From assembly GCA_023261815.1 (NCBI GenBank), contig JALNKA010000003.1, forward strand, positions 1-64,000: a stretch of DNA of 64,000 bases, written 5' to 3'. The translations under genes were made by a program, and so were the position numbers. The stretch comes from Candidatus Wolframiiraptor sinensis. Its GTDB lineage: Archaea > Thermoproteota > Nitrososphaeria_A > Caldarchaeales > Wolframiiraptoraceae. The notes under the pieces were generated by a model that saw only the letters and a program-made list of their open reading frames with translations, had not been told where the DNA came from and did no database searches. Positions 1 to 9,850 of this stretch are shown here, piece by piece; the stretch's first letter is position 1, and each line of letters starts with the position of its first letter.

Positions 1-651
1 GCAGTGGCCGCCTATAACATCCGGATAGTAGATCGGTCTATCGCGGAGCACTTCATGCACCTCTGAGACGAACTCGGCGACAATTCCGATATCCGCCTTA
101 ACCGCCTTCGCGATCCTATGGGCCTCCTGCCAGCACACTATCATCGCAGCCCTGTAAATGGTCTCCCAGAGCTTCGCGAGCTCGAGGGACTCGGGATCCG
201 GGGCAACCCTCACCTTAAAGCCGGCCTGCTCAAGATGCTTTTTGGCGAGCTCCAAGGCCTCCCCCCTCACCGCTGAAACCCACTTAGGCCAGAACATCAA
301 GTGCTCCCTGAGATTGGGGTGTCTCCCCCTCACCGGAGAGTATGCTACGTGAGACTCGATCTTGGATTGAATAATCCTGGTCGTGCCCGGCGCCACGGTC
401 GAGTGCACGATAACCATGCTAGCCCCGAGCTCATGAGCATAATCAACCACGGAACCCGCGAATTCCCTAAGGCCCTTAAACGGGTAAGCTATGTGAAGCA
501 CATCAACCCCCCTCGGTACATCATTCAGCTCATCTACGCGCGCCGATGGATCGAGATCATAGCCATAAACCTCTGGAAACCTCTCCCTTAATATCTCGTA
601 GATGGGCCTGCCGACCTCGCCCAAGCCTATCACAACAACCCTTAAGCTCAT
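1..651 (-). CDS. UDP-glucose/GDP-mannose dehydrogenase family protein (partial, runs off window edge)
   Basis: Manual translation from ATG at 651: MSLRVVVIGLGEVG (Rossmann GxGxxG), HSTVAPGTT, YSPVRG, ELAKLWET, IGGHC. Absent from the ORF track because it is truncated. Confidence 0.8.
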   Translation of the reverse strand, partial: MSLRVVVIGLGEVGRPIYEILRERFPEVYGYDLDPSARVDELNDVPRGVDVLHIAYPFKGLREFAGSVVDYAHELGASMVIVHSTVAPGTTRIIQSKIESHVAYSPVRGRHPNLREHLMFWPKWVSAVRGEALELAKKHLEQAGFKVRVAPDPESLELAKLWETIYRAAMIVCWQEAHRIAKAVKADIGIVAEFVSEVHEVLRDRPIYYPDVIGGHC

Positions 652-841
652 CCTTCGAGATCACCAGCATCCCGCCGACAATAAAAACAATGAACCGCGC
701 GGCTTGAAGCGTATTTCGGAAAGGCGCTTTATTCGGGCACTAAAGTTTGCCCGCGGGTTTTCGTGCAATATTTATCCTTTTTCTATATGCAAAGTGTTAA
801 ATTATAGACTGAATTTGAATCACATGGATTGAGGTGGTAGA

Positions 842-2008
842 TTGATGAAGCCGGCGCACATAGCGTTCTTCGAGGATCCCAAGCCTCCGATTCCCGGAAA
901 CGTGCTATTCGAGGCCCTAACGCCGCCGAGGGAGATAGTTTTAGCGGTTAATCCGAGGGTCAGCCTCGAGGTTATTGAGGGTATCCTGAAGGCAGCAAAA
1001 GATACGGAGAACGTGGTCATACTCGAGCTAGCCCTATCGGAGATGAACTTGAAGGGAGGATATACCGGCCTGACGCCGAAGGCCTTCGCCGAGCGAGTGA
1101 GAAAGGCCGCTGAGAACGTCGGCTGGTACGGCTACGTGCTCCACGCGGATCACGTGGTGATCAGGAAGGGAACTGATGAAGAGATCGAGAATGTTAAGCG
1201 GGAGCTTGATGCCAGGGTCGAGGCGGGCTTCACGAGCTTCGCGATAGACGCCTCATATCTCTTCGACTTGAGCAAGGATACTGTGCCGGAGCAACTCAAG
1301 CGAATAATCGAGGTTGGAACCGAGATGTTCAGATACTTGGATGAGCGGATAGGGCATAGAAGCTACGGGAGGGAGGGCGAGGTCGGTGAGATCGGCAAAA
1401 CGGAGCTAACAACCGCCGAGGAGGCATTACACTACGTGAAGTCTATGAAGCAGAACGGCATAGACCTCCACTGGCTCGCCATAAATAATGGCTCAAAGCA
1501 CGGAGTCTCCGTCGATGCTGAGGGGAATATAGTCCCGCAGCTCGGGATAAACATTCAGCGGACAGTCGAGATCGTTCGAACATTATGGGATAATGGTTAC
1601 CCGACTAGGGTTGCTCAGCACGGCGTGAGCGGGACGCCGCTCTACCTGATCGCCGAGAAGTTTCCGAAGGGCATGATCGGGAAGGGTAATGTCGCGACAT
1701 ACTACATGCTCATGTTCTACGAGATCCTGAGAATTTATGAGCCCGAGCTATATCAGGGGATCTACAGGTGGGTTATCGAGAACTATAGGAAGGAGGGCGC
1801 GCCGGAGGCAGAGATATTCGTGGAGAACTCTAAGTTCGCCTTAAAGCAGTTCTTCAGCGAGTTCGATAAAATCTCTGATGAGGCTAAGAATGCTGTAAGG
1901 AGCAGAGCTTATGCTGATACTCTACTGCACTTGAAGGCCTTCGGGATGGAGAAGACGGCGAAGAAAGTTTACGAACATATCAAGAAAACGGGAATCAAGT
2001 ACTGGTAG
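842..2008 (+). CDS. Class II (metal-dependent) fructose/tagatose-bisphosphate aldolase
   Basis: LHADH, GFTSFAIDAS, EGEVGEIG, NGSKHG, AQHGVSG and KGNVAT motifs. Confidence 0.85.
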   Translation: MMKPAHIAFFEDPKPPIPGNVLFEALTPPREIVLAVNPRVSLEVIEGILKAAKDTENVVILELALSEMNLKGGYTGLTPKAFAERVRKAAENVGWYGYVLHADHVVIRKGTDEEIENVKRELDARVEAGFTSFAIDASYLFDLSKDTVPEQLKRIIEVGTEMFRYLDERIGHRSYGREGEVGEIGKTELTTAEEALHYVKSMKQNGIDLHWLAINNGSKHGVSVDAEGNIVPQLGINIQRTVEIVRTLWDNGYPTRVAQHGVSGTPLYLIAEKFPKGMIGKGNVATYYMLMFYEILRIYEPELYQGIYRWVIENYRKEGAPEAEIFVENSKFALKQFFSEFDKISDEAKNAVRSRAYADTLLHLKAFGMEKTAKKVYEHIKKTGIKYW

Positions 2009-2086
2009 CCGGGATAGCCGCTCAGCTCCTAACCTTTTTCTCTGAAGGAGGAGTTTGAGGATAGAAAATAATGTTTGGGATGTGAT

Positions 2087-2263
2087 TTAGAAGTCTTCCT
2101 TGATGATTGTTTTCCTCCCGTTTGCCTTACATCTTTGTACGGCCTTGTTTATTAGCTCCCTGACAGCCTGATCAAGCCCGTCGAGAGCATCGGATGCCAG
2201 GCGTATTCCCTCCGGCAGAAGTTCTCGCACCTTCGACTCCACTACAATCCTTTCACGAGGCAT
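2087..2263 (-). CDS. Small histone-fold protein, 58 aa (short-alpha3 type)
   Basis: Manual translation MPRERIVVESKVRELLPEGIRLASDALDGLDQAVRELINKAVQRCKANGRKTIIKEDF; histone-fold pattern RxxxDA...KAxxRxxANGRKTIxxxD. Below the ORF-track length cutoff. Confidence 0.85.
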   Translation of the reverse strand: MPRERIVVESKVRELLPEGIRLASDALDGLDQAVRELINKAVQRCKANGRKTIIKEDF

Positions 2264-2474
2264 GGTCTTTCAATTATTCGTGTTCTCCGTGCCCATAAAT
2301 TTAGCTTTACTCCGCGCTTTTCAGGCTCTCGTTTTCGAGAAAGGTATATTAGGCATGGTGATCTACCCCGCCTCACCCTCCACTCGGAGCACTCTCCGGC
2401 CCGCTTTGGCCATATCATGCCCGCCGAGAAAAGGGTTAAAGTTGTGGCTGAGCAATTTTAACCAGTGGATACTC

Positions 2475-3842
2475 ATGGTTTCCGTGAAGCCGCATATCTT
2501 CAGGGCTTATGATATTAGGGGAGTTTACGGCGTGGACCTCGATGAGGAGGTTGCTGAGCTCGTGGGCTTAGCTTATGGAACGCTTCTCGGCAATCGAGGA
2601 AGAATCGTACTGGGCAGGGATGTTAGGATCGGCGGCGAAGCTCTTGCGAGGGGTTTAGCGAGGGGCTTGACTAGAGCTGGATGCGATGTGCTCGACGTTG
2701 GGATGGTCTCAACACCCATGCTCTACTTCTCGACGGTGCATTTCGAGGTGGATGGCGGAATCCAAGTAACGGCAAGCCATAATCCACCTGAGTGGAATGG
2801 GTTCAAGATAGTTAAGCCCGGAGGCGCGACGCTCTCGGCTGGAGCCGGGATGGAGGAGCTGAGAGACATAATTCTCAACAGGAGGTTCAGAGAGGGAGAG
2901 AGAGTGGGCAGGATCGAGAGGGCTGACGCGCTCACGCCCTACATTCAGTTCATGGCCTCGAGGTTCAGAATCGATGCCGGCCTGCGGATCGCGATCGACT
3001 ACTCTAACGGCGCTACAGCGATATGCTTCCCAAAAATAGCGGAGAGGCTCGGTATCGAGGTGGTGAGTATAAATGATGTGCCGGATGGAAGGTTTCCGGG
3101 CCACCTCCCCGAGCCGACCGAGGAGACGTTGAGAGACTTGCAGGAGCTCGTGGTCAAGTCTGGGGCGGATTTCGGAGCAGGCTTCGACGGCGATGGCGAT
3201 AGAGTGGTCTTCGTGGATGATGCGGGCAGGATAATTCCGGGAGACATCACGCTGGCGATCTACGTCAAGCACCTGGATAAGCGCGGGAAAGTGGTTTACG
3301 ACGTATCCAGCAGCAGCGCGCTCAGGGAGATCATCCTCGAGAAGGGATGCGAGCCGATCGAGATGAGGGTTGGGAGGGCGTTTATACTCAACGCCGTCAG
3401 GGAGCTGAATGCCGTCATCGGCGGCGAGAAGAGCAACCACTTCTATTTCCCGGAGATCTGGGGCTTCGACGACGCGGTCTACGCGACCCTCAGGATGGCG
3501 GAGATAATCGCGAAGTCGGGTAAAAAGCTATCCCAGCTCGTCGATGCGATCCCCAAGTATCCCTCGATCCCAATAAGGGCTTTTGAGTGCCCAGATGAGC
3601 TGAAGGTCAGGGTCGTTGATGAGATCGCGAGATATTATCGCGAGAAAGGCCTTGAGGTGAGCACGATAGATGGCGTTAAGGCGTATTTCGAGGATGGCTG
3701 GGTTCTGGTTAGGCAATCCAATACGATGCCTCAGGTGAAGATGACTGCCGAGGCGAAGACCGAGAAGAGGCTGAGCGAGATAGTGAGCGAGGCGGAGAAC
3801 GTGATTGAGGAGACTATAAGGAGGCTCGGTGGAGGAGCCTAA
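2475..3842 (+). CDS. Phosphomannomutase/phosphoglucomutase
   Basis: FRAYDIRG N-terminus (ATG 2475), TASHNP phosphoserine motif, FDGDGDR metal loop, GGEKSNH. Confidence 0.93.
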   Translation: MVSVKPHIFRAYDIRGVYGVDLDEEVAELVGLAYGTLLGNRGRIVLGRDVRIGGEALARGLARGLTRAGCDVLDVGMVSTPMLYFSTVHFEVDGGIQVTASHNPPEWNGFKIVKPGGATLSAGAGMEELRDIILNRRFREGERVGRIERADALTPYIQFMASRFRIDAGLRIAIDYSNGATAICFPKIAERLGIEVVSINDVPDGRFPGHLPEPTEETLRDLQELVVKSGADFGAGFDGDGDRVVFVDDAGRIIPGDITLAIYVKHLDKRGKVVYDVSSSSALREIILEKGCEPIEMRVGRAFILNAVRELNAVIGGEKSNHFYFPEIWGFDDAVYATLRMAEIIAKSGKKLSQLVDAIPKYPSIPIRAFECPDELKVRVVDEIARYYREKGLEVSTIDGVKAYFEDGWVLVRQSNTMPQVKMTAEAKTEKRLSEIVSEAENVIEETIRRLGGGA

Positions 3843-5637
3843 CGCGGGGATGCAGCTCAGGGTAGCCGTCATCGATAGGGAGAAGTGCGATCCGAAGAAG
3901 TGCGGGCTAGAGTGCATCAGGTTCTGCCCGAAAGTCAGGAGCGGGGCCGAGGTAGTCAAGCTGGGGGAAGACGGCTATCCGATAATCGTCGAGCCCCTAT
4001 GCATAGGCTGCGGCATATGCGCTGTCAAATGCCCCTTCAAGGCTATAACGATAGTCAACCTGCCCCGGGAGCTCGAGTCCGACCTCGTCCACCAGTATGG
4101 GCCAAATACCTTCAGGCTCTATAGGCTCCCCTATCCGGAGCCGGGCGCGGTCATAGGCCTGCTAGGAAAGAATGGAACTGGGAAGAGCACGGCCCTCCAG
4201 ATACTAGCCAATATCCTGAAGCCGAATCTGGGAAGATACGACTCCAGCGACCTCAGCCATGAGGAGCTGGCGAGGCAGTTCAGGGGAACTCTACTCCAAG
4301 ACTATTTCACCAGAATAGCTCGAGGCGAGGTCAGGATAAGCTACAAGCCCCAGTACATAGAGAAGATACCGAAGGTCGTAAAGGGGAAAGTTAGAGAGGT
4401 TCTCGAGCGCATCGCGAGTCTCGATAAGATGGAGAAGGTCATCGAGCTCTTCGAGCTCGGGCACCTGCTGGACCGCGAGGTATCAGCCCTCAGCGGCGGG
4501 GAGCTTCAGAGACTCGCCCTTGCCGCATGCTTATCCAAAGACGCGAATACATTTATCATAGATGAGCCGTCGAGCTTCCTAGACATAAGGCAGAGGCTTA
4601 GGGCCGCGGCCGCGATAAGATCCATGCTGAACGGCGATACTAGGATAATAGTCTGCGACCATGATCTCGCGGTCCTCGACTACCTCTCCGACAAGGTCTT
4701 CATACTCTATGGGCGGGCCGGTGTCTTCGGGATAGTCTCGGGGCCATTCGGCATCAGGGAGGGAATAAACATCTTCCTGAACGGCTATATCCCGACGGAT
4801 AACGTCAGGTTCAGGTCCGAGAGAATAGTCTTTCACGCCAGGCCGCCATCTCATCAGGAGATCGTTGAGAGCGGGATGCCGCTCGAGTGGCCCGAGATGA
4901 CCAAGACCTATGATGGATTCAGGCTGGAGGTTAGGGGCGGGAGAATCTACCCGGGCGAGGTTATCGGGATACTCGGGCCGAATGGAATAGGGAAAACTAC
5001 ATTCATCAAGCTTCTCGCGGGTGTTGAGCCATGCGATGATGGATTCAGGCTGGAGTTCAGGTCCGTGAGCTATAAGCCCCAATACCCCGAGCCCAGGGAC
5101 ATGATCGTGGAGAAGGCTCTGAGGGATGCAGCCGGCTCAAAGTTCGAGACGGAGCTATATTGGAGCGAGGTAATCGAGCCCCTCCAGCTCGAGAGGCTCC
5201 TTGATAGAAACATGAGCGAGTTGAGCGGCGGCGAGCTTCAGAAGGTCTCCGTGGCCGAGACCCTATCCAGAGAGGCGGAGATATATCTCCTAGATGAGCC
5301 GAGCGCCTACCTAGACGTGGAGGAGAGATACTCGATAGCAAGATACCTGAGGAGGATCGCGAGGGATAGGCGAGCCTACATCTTCCTCGTCGATCACGAT
5401 TTAATGGTTCTGGACTTCGCCTCGACGAGGCTTATGGTATTCACCGGAAAGCCCGGAATACATGGAATCGCGAATCCGCCGACGGACCTGAGAACGGGCT
5501 TCAATCAATTCCTGAGAGAGGTTGGCATAACATTCCGGAGAGACCCGGAGACGAGGAGGCCGAGAGCAAATAAGCCGGGCTCGCAGCTCGATAAGCTCCA
5601 GAAAGAGGAGGGGGAATACTACTACCTCTCCGCCTAG
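3829..5637 (+). CDS. ABCE1/RLI ribosome recycling ATPase
   Basis: N-terminal FeS cysteines (CDPKKCGLECIRFCP, CIGCGICAVKCP), two Walker A motifs, two LSGGELQ signatures, C-terminal GEYYY. Confidence 0.96.
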   Translation: MEEPNAGMQLRVAVIDREKCDPKKCGLECIRFCPKVRSGAEVVKLGEDGYPIIVEPLCIGCGICAVKCPFKAITIVNLPRELESDLVHQYGPNTFRLYRLPYPEPGAVIGLLGKNGTGKSTALQILANILKPNLGRYDSSDLSHEELARQFRGTLLQDYFTRIARGEVRISYKPQYIEKIPKVVKGKVREVLERIASLDKMEKVIELFELGHLLDREVSALSGGELQRLALAACLSKDANTFIIDEPSSFLDIRQRLRAAAAIRSMLNGDTRIIVCDHDLAVLDYLSDKVFILYGRAGVFGIVSGPFGIREGINIFLNGYIPTDNVRFRSERIVFHARPPSHQEIVESGMPLEWPEMTKTYDGFRLEVRGGRIYPGEVIGILGPNGIGKTTFIKLLAGVEPCDDGFRLEFRSVSYKPQYPEPRDMIVEKALRDAAGSKFETELYWSEVIEPLQLERLLDRNMSELSGGELQKVSVAETLSREAEIYLLDEPSAYLDVEERYSIARYLRRIARDRRAYIFLVDHDLMVLDFASTRLMVFTGKPGIHGIANPPTDLRTGFNQFLREVGITFRRDPETRRPRANKPGSQLDKLQKEEGEYYYLSA

Positions 5638-5680
5638 CCTCGATGGAGATCTAAAGTTGGAAAATTATGGAATCACGATC

Positions 5681-6262
5681 TCAGCGCGCATCATGCTCTT
5701 TGACGATCATGACCTCGGCCAGAGTTGTGTAGATTCTCTTCCCGAGATGCAGTATTATTTTCGCCCTAGCAGGGTCATACACATCCTTGAAGAACTCTTT
5801 CTTAGCATACGCATCGACAACCCTTCCAACGAAGAGATCATGATCTCCACCGACATCCACTATCTTCTCAAGCTCGCATTCTAAGACTCCTAGAGCGTCG
5901 CGGGCGCGGGGAACCCTCAAGGTCCTCGAGGGCTCCAGCTCCAGCCCCACTTCGGCGAATTTATCCCTCTCCCTCCCCGAGATGCTCCCCAGCGCGTGTA
6001 TCTTATCGAGGAAATCCATTCCGAAGATATTTAACGTGAATTGCCCTGACTCCTTTACCAGCCTGTAGGTATTCCTTTGAGGAGCGATGGCGACGCCAAC
6101 CAGCGGCGGCGAGTGGGATAAGGAGACAGTCCAGGCAGCGACCATGCCGCCCGGCCTACAATCAGAGCCCATCGAGATCACTAGAACCGCCGGCCTGGGA
6201 TGGAGTAGATGATAAATTATTCTCCCGGATACCTGCACATATTCCCCGCTCATGACGCCCAA
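5681..6262 (-). CDS. Flavin reductase-like FMN-binding protein
   Basis: HPRPAVLV, SPPLVGVAI, SGRERDKF, GDHDLFVGRVV. Confidence 0.88.
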   Translation of the reverse strand: MGVMSGEYVQVSGRIIYHLLHPRPAVLVISMGSDCRPGGMVAAWTVSLSHSPPLVGVAIAPQRNTYRLVKESGQFTLNIFGMDFLDKIHALGSISGRERDKFAEVGLELEPSRTLRVPRARDALGVLECELEKIVDVGGDHDLFVGRVVDAYAKKEFFKDVYDPARAKIILHLGKRIYTTLAEVMIVKEHDAR

Positions 6263-6424
6263 GTCATCCGCTACACCTTTTAATTTTTCGCCATAGAGCC
6301 ATTTTCATGAATGAGAAAGAAAACGCTCCGGCCTATGACCTTCTCATAATACATCCTAGTTGAGAGAGCATTATGTGGAGACCTCCGATGAATCCGCGTG
6401 CTAAAAGAACGTTGGGCGAATTGT

Positions 6425-6497
6425 TGGACCGGGCGGGATTTGAACCCGCGACCTCCCGCGTGCGAGGCGGGCGATCTCCCAGCTGATCTACCGGCCC
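6425..6497 (-). tRNA. tRNA-Ala(CGC), intronless, CCA not encoded
   Basis: Reverse complement GGGCCGG...CCGGTCC-A acceptor stem with G3:U70, anticodon arm CCCGC-CTCGCAC-GCGGG, T-loop GGTTCAAATCC. Confidence 0.95.
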
Positions 6498-6569
6498 CTA
6501 AAGATTTTCAGCGCATCCACTTCCTATTAAGAATATTACTGCAATCACTTCAGAACCTGTTCTGGTTTA

Positions 6570-6770
6570 TCATGTGAGGAGGCTTAGTGCTCCGAGAATT
6601 ATGGCGGCTGTGATTAATGCGAGGAATAGGGCTGCGAAGATTGGCGGGGCTGATAGGGCGGCTGAGATTCCCTCATAGGCGTAGTAGGCCAGTATAGCTA
6701 ATGCTGCCGCGGCCGCGAGCTTCAGCACGATCTTGGGGATAATGGTTGCCCTCGAGCTCATCTCCATCAT
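6570..6770 (-). CDS. Small two-TM membrane protein, hypothetical
   Basis: 66-aa hydrophobic ORF filling an intergenic gap. Confidence 0.55.
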   Translation of the reverse strand: MMEMSSRATIIPKIVLKLAAAAALAILAYYAYEGISAALSAPPIFAALFLALITAAIILGALSLLT

Positions 6771-6822
6771 TCTCCATGGATTTTAGGGGATGCTTTATAG
6801 GTTCCGCTGAACCATCGATCCT

Positions 6823-7770
6823 GTGATGTATGATGTTTTGATTGTGGGCGGCGGCGTCGCCGGGCTCACGGCGGCACTCTACTCTGCTAGGCAGGGCATG
6901 AGGACTCTGGTAATCACGATGGATATCGGCGGCCAGCTCTTAGCGGCTCCGAGGATAGAGAATTTCCCGGCCTCACCTCCGATCTCGGGATTCGAGCTCG
7001 CAAATAGCATTCTGGAACAGGCTAGGGAGTTCGGGGCCGAGGTGATTTATGATGAGGCGGTCGGCGTCGAGGAAGCTGAGGGGGGATTCAAGGTCAGGTG
7101 TAGGGGCGGCGAGCATGAGGGGCGGGCATTGATACTCGCTGTAGGGAAAAAGCCGAGGAAGCTCGGAGTCCCGGGCGAGGACCTGTTCGCGGGCAGGGGA
7201 GTAAGCTATTGCGCCATCTGCGATGCGCCGCTATACAGGGACAGGAAGGTGGCGGTGGTCGGCTGGGGCGAGCAGGCTCATGAAGCGGCCTCAATACTCG
7301 GGAACTACCATAACAGGGTCTACGTGATCCACTCCGGGCGGCCGATGGAGGGTGATCGTATCCTGAGGGAGTTGCGGGAGCTGGGCGCCGAGGTGATGAC
7401 CGGCATGAGGGTTGAGGAGATTGCCGGCGACACCGTGGTTAGGAAGCTGATTATGAGGAGGCTCGATGATGGGGAGCGGGTGGAGCTGGAGGTAGATGGG
7501 GTCTTCGTGGAGCTCGGATACGCGGCGGATACCGGCTGGCTCAAGGAATTTGTCCAGCTGAATGAGCGCGGCGAGATCATCGTGGATAGGCTTGGGAGAA
7601 CGAGCAGGAGGGGGGTCTTCGCGGCCGGTGATGTCTGCGATATGCCGTATAAACAGGCGGTGATAGCGGCGGCTCAGGGAGCGATAGCGGCGCTGTCAGC
7701 GCACAACTACCTGAGAGGACTTTCGGGAGAGCCGGAGATCAGAGGCGACTGGCGGAAGCTCAAGCCTTAA
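6823..7770 (+). CDS. trxB: Thioredoxin-disulfide reductase
   Basis: GGGVAG FAD motif, GVSYCAICD CxxC, GVFAAGD. Confidence 0.9.
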   Translation: MMYDVLIVGGGVAGLTAALYSARQGMRTLVITMDIGGQLLAAPRIENFPASPPISGFELANSILEQAREFGAEVIYDEAVGVEEAEGGFKVRCRGGEHEGRALILAVGKKPRKLGVPGEDLFAGRGVSYCAICDAPLYRDRKVAVVGWGEQAHEAASILGNYHNRVYVIHSGRPMEGDRILRELRELGAEVMTGMRVEEIAGDTVVRKLIMRRLDDGERVELEVDGVFVELGYAADTGWLKEFVQLNERGEIIVDRLGRTSRRGVFAAGDVCDMPYKQAVIAAAQGAIAALSAHNYLRGLSGEPEIRGDWRKLKP

Positions 7771-7815
7771 ATGTGGACGCGTAATGCTCGGGGGAAGGCC
7801 TGGAGGAGCTGCGGG

Positions 7816-8532
7816 TTGAAGCCGGTCATGGCCAGCGGCCTCATCAAGAGATTCGGCTCGAGCAATGTATTGAGGGGAGTCTCATTCGAGGTCGAGCGAT
7901 CGGAGATCTTCGGCTTGATAGGCCCGAATGGAGCCGGCAAGACGACGACGCTCAGGATCCTTGCGACGATTCTCAGGCCGGATGCGGGCGACGCAGTCAT
8001 AATGGGCCACAGCGTAAGAGACGAGCCGGACGAGGTTAGGAGGAATATCGCTTATCTTCCGGAGGATGCTGGGGTTTACAGGCACCTGACGGGCCTGGAG
8101 TTCCTGAGCTTCGTAGCTGGAGTTCATGGCGTGGATCGGCGATGCGTCGAAGAGGGAGCTGAGATCGCGGGCCTCGGCGAGGCGCTGAGAAAGCCCATGG
8201 GATCTTATAGCAAGGGAATGAGGCGCAGGATAATGATCGCCGCGATACTCATGCTGAGGCCGAGGGTCGCGATACTCGATGAGCCGACCTCCGGCTTAGA
8301 CGTCATCCACGCCGTGCACGTCAGGGAGAGAATAAGGAGGTTTGCGAGGGAGAGCGGCGGGACTGTGATAGTCTCAAGCCATAACATGCTCGAGATAGAG
8401 TATCTCTGCGATCGAATAGCCTTCATAAACGGTGGGAGGATCATCGCTGAGGGCAGGCCCGAGGAATTGAAGGCCGAGCATCGGGCAGAGAACCTCGAGG
8501 AGGTTTTCGCGAAGCTCATGGGGGCTGCCTAG
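7816..8532 (+). CDS. ABC transporter ATP-binding protein (NatA-like)
   Basis: GPNGAGKTT, YSKGM signature, LDEPTSGLD; likely TTG start at 7816 (ORF track starts at 7771). Confidence 0.9.
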   Translation: MKPVMASGLIKRFGSSNVLRGVSFEVERSEIFGLIGPNGAGKTTTLRILATILRPDAGDAVIMGHSVRDEPDEVRRNIAYLPEDAGVYRHLTGLEFLSFVAGVHGVDRRCVEEGAEIAGLGEALRKPMGSYSKGMRRRIMIAAILMLRPRVAILDEPTSGLDVIHAVHVRERIRRFARESGGTVIVSSHNMLEIEYLCDRIAFINGGRIIAEGRPEELKAEHRAENLEEVFAKLMGAA

Positions 8533-8533
8533 C

Positions 8534-9850
8534 ATGCTCAGGATCTTGTTGAAGAAAGAGGTTAAGGAGCTCCTGATGGAGAGGAGCATACTATTCGGCG
8601 CGATAATAATACCCCTAATAATCTTCCCGCTGATGGGCGCGCTGACAGGGCTGGGAATGAGCGCGGCGATGGAGAGGGCTGAAGCCGGCCTCGTGATCGG
8701 GATAGCGGACCTAGATAGGACAAGCCTAACATCCATCGAGCTCCCAAGGCTCCTCGAGGAAAAAGGTCTTAGGCTCATCAGGGTTGAGTGCTCGCTTGAG
8801 GAGGAGTGCGTCGAGGCGGCGGCGAAGCAGGATCTCGGCGTGATGATGATAATCCCGAGCGGCTTCACGAGGAACTTCACGTCCGGCGTTCACAGCAGGA
8901 TCACGACGGTCTACTCGATACGATCAGCCGCCATATCGGAGATAAGCATGAGCCAGAGATTCTCGCTAATCCTGCTGGAGTCATTCAAATCCCTGGCCGA
9001 GAGGGTTCACGGAGGAGGCGTTGATCCGAGATTCTTCGAGAAGCCCATCTCGGAGAGCTCCGTCGTACTTTATCTCGGAAGGGTGCTGAGGGCCCCGGTC
9101 TCAGCGGTCGCTGCGACGTTCCTGACGACGCTCTTCGGGCTTCCGCTCGTCGCCGTGATGGTCGCGAGTTATGCTTCCACGGTCTCGGCGACAAGCATAG
9201 CTCTCGAGAAGGAGTCTAAGACTCTCGAGCTCCTACTAACGATCCCGGCTAGGAGGATAACGATCCTGCTCAGTAAGCTTCTCGGAACATTCGTGATAGT
9301 TCTTCTGAGCACCATCTCCTTCCTCGTCGGGTTCGGGATCTATGGCCTGATGATCGCGGGGAGCATGATGGCCCAGATCTTGGTTGAGGAGATTGCCGCG
9401 GAGCCGCAGGTGAGCTTAACGCTCCTCGATCTCTGGCCATCCCCCGCCTTCCTCCCGATACTCGTCTCCTCGATATTCATCGCGATGGTCATGATGACGT
9501 GCATAGGCCTGCTCATCGGCGTCCTGGGAAGCGATGTCAGGAGCGCCCAGCAGCTCGTAGGAGCAGTAACCTTCCCGCTCATAATGCCGCCGTTCTTCAT
9601 ACTAATATTCACCCCCATCGAGAGCCTTCCGATAGGCGTTAAGATCGGGCTTCTCCTAGATCCATTCACGCACCTCTTCCTCGCGATTCACAGCGGGTTC
9701 GCCGGGGACATAGCCTCCGCGATCACATCGATAATGGTGATGCTGGGATTCGCCGTGATGCTGCTTTTGCTCAGCTCATGGCTATTCATGGGAGAGAGGC
9801 TAATCACGACGCGGATAACCCTCGCGAGGAGAAGAGCCTCCGAGGCATAG
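8534..9850 (+). CDS. ABC-2 type permease (NatB-like)
   Basis: KKEVKELL N-terminus, EKESKTLELLLTIP motif, multiple TM segments, coupled to the ATPase. Confidence 0.85.
   Translation: MLRILLKKEVKELLMERSILFGAIIIPLIIFPLMGALTGLGMSAAMERAEAGLVIGIADLDRTSLTSIELPRLLEEKGLRLIRVECSLEEECVEAAAKQDLGVMMIIPSGFTRNFTSGVHSRITTVYSIRSAAISEISMSQRFSLILLESFKSLAERVHGGGVDPRFFEKPISESSVVLYLGRVLRAPVSAVAATFLTTLFGLPLVAVMVASYASTVSATSIALEKESKTLELLLTIPARRITILLSKLLGTFVIVLLSTISFLVGFGIYGLMIAGSMMAQILVEEIAAEPQVSLTLLDLWPSPAFLPILVSSIFIAMVMMTCIGLLIGVLGSDVRSAQQLVGAVTFPLIMPPFFILIFTPIESLPIGVKIGLLLDPFTHLFLAIHSGFAGDIASAITSIMVMLGFAVMLLLLSSWLFMGERLITTRITLARRRASEA

Noticed and set aside
2262-2474. Long N-terminal extension of the phosphomutase
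   Set aside because: Family homology starts at ATG 2475; this stretch is the divergent promoter region shared with the histone gene.
6425-6497. tRNA-Ala as an integration site
   Set aside because: No duplicated tRNA 3' end or integrase is visible, and the neighbours are housekeeping genes.
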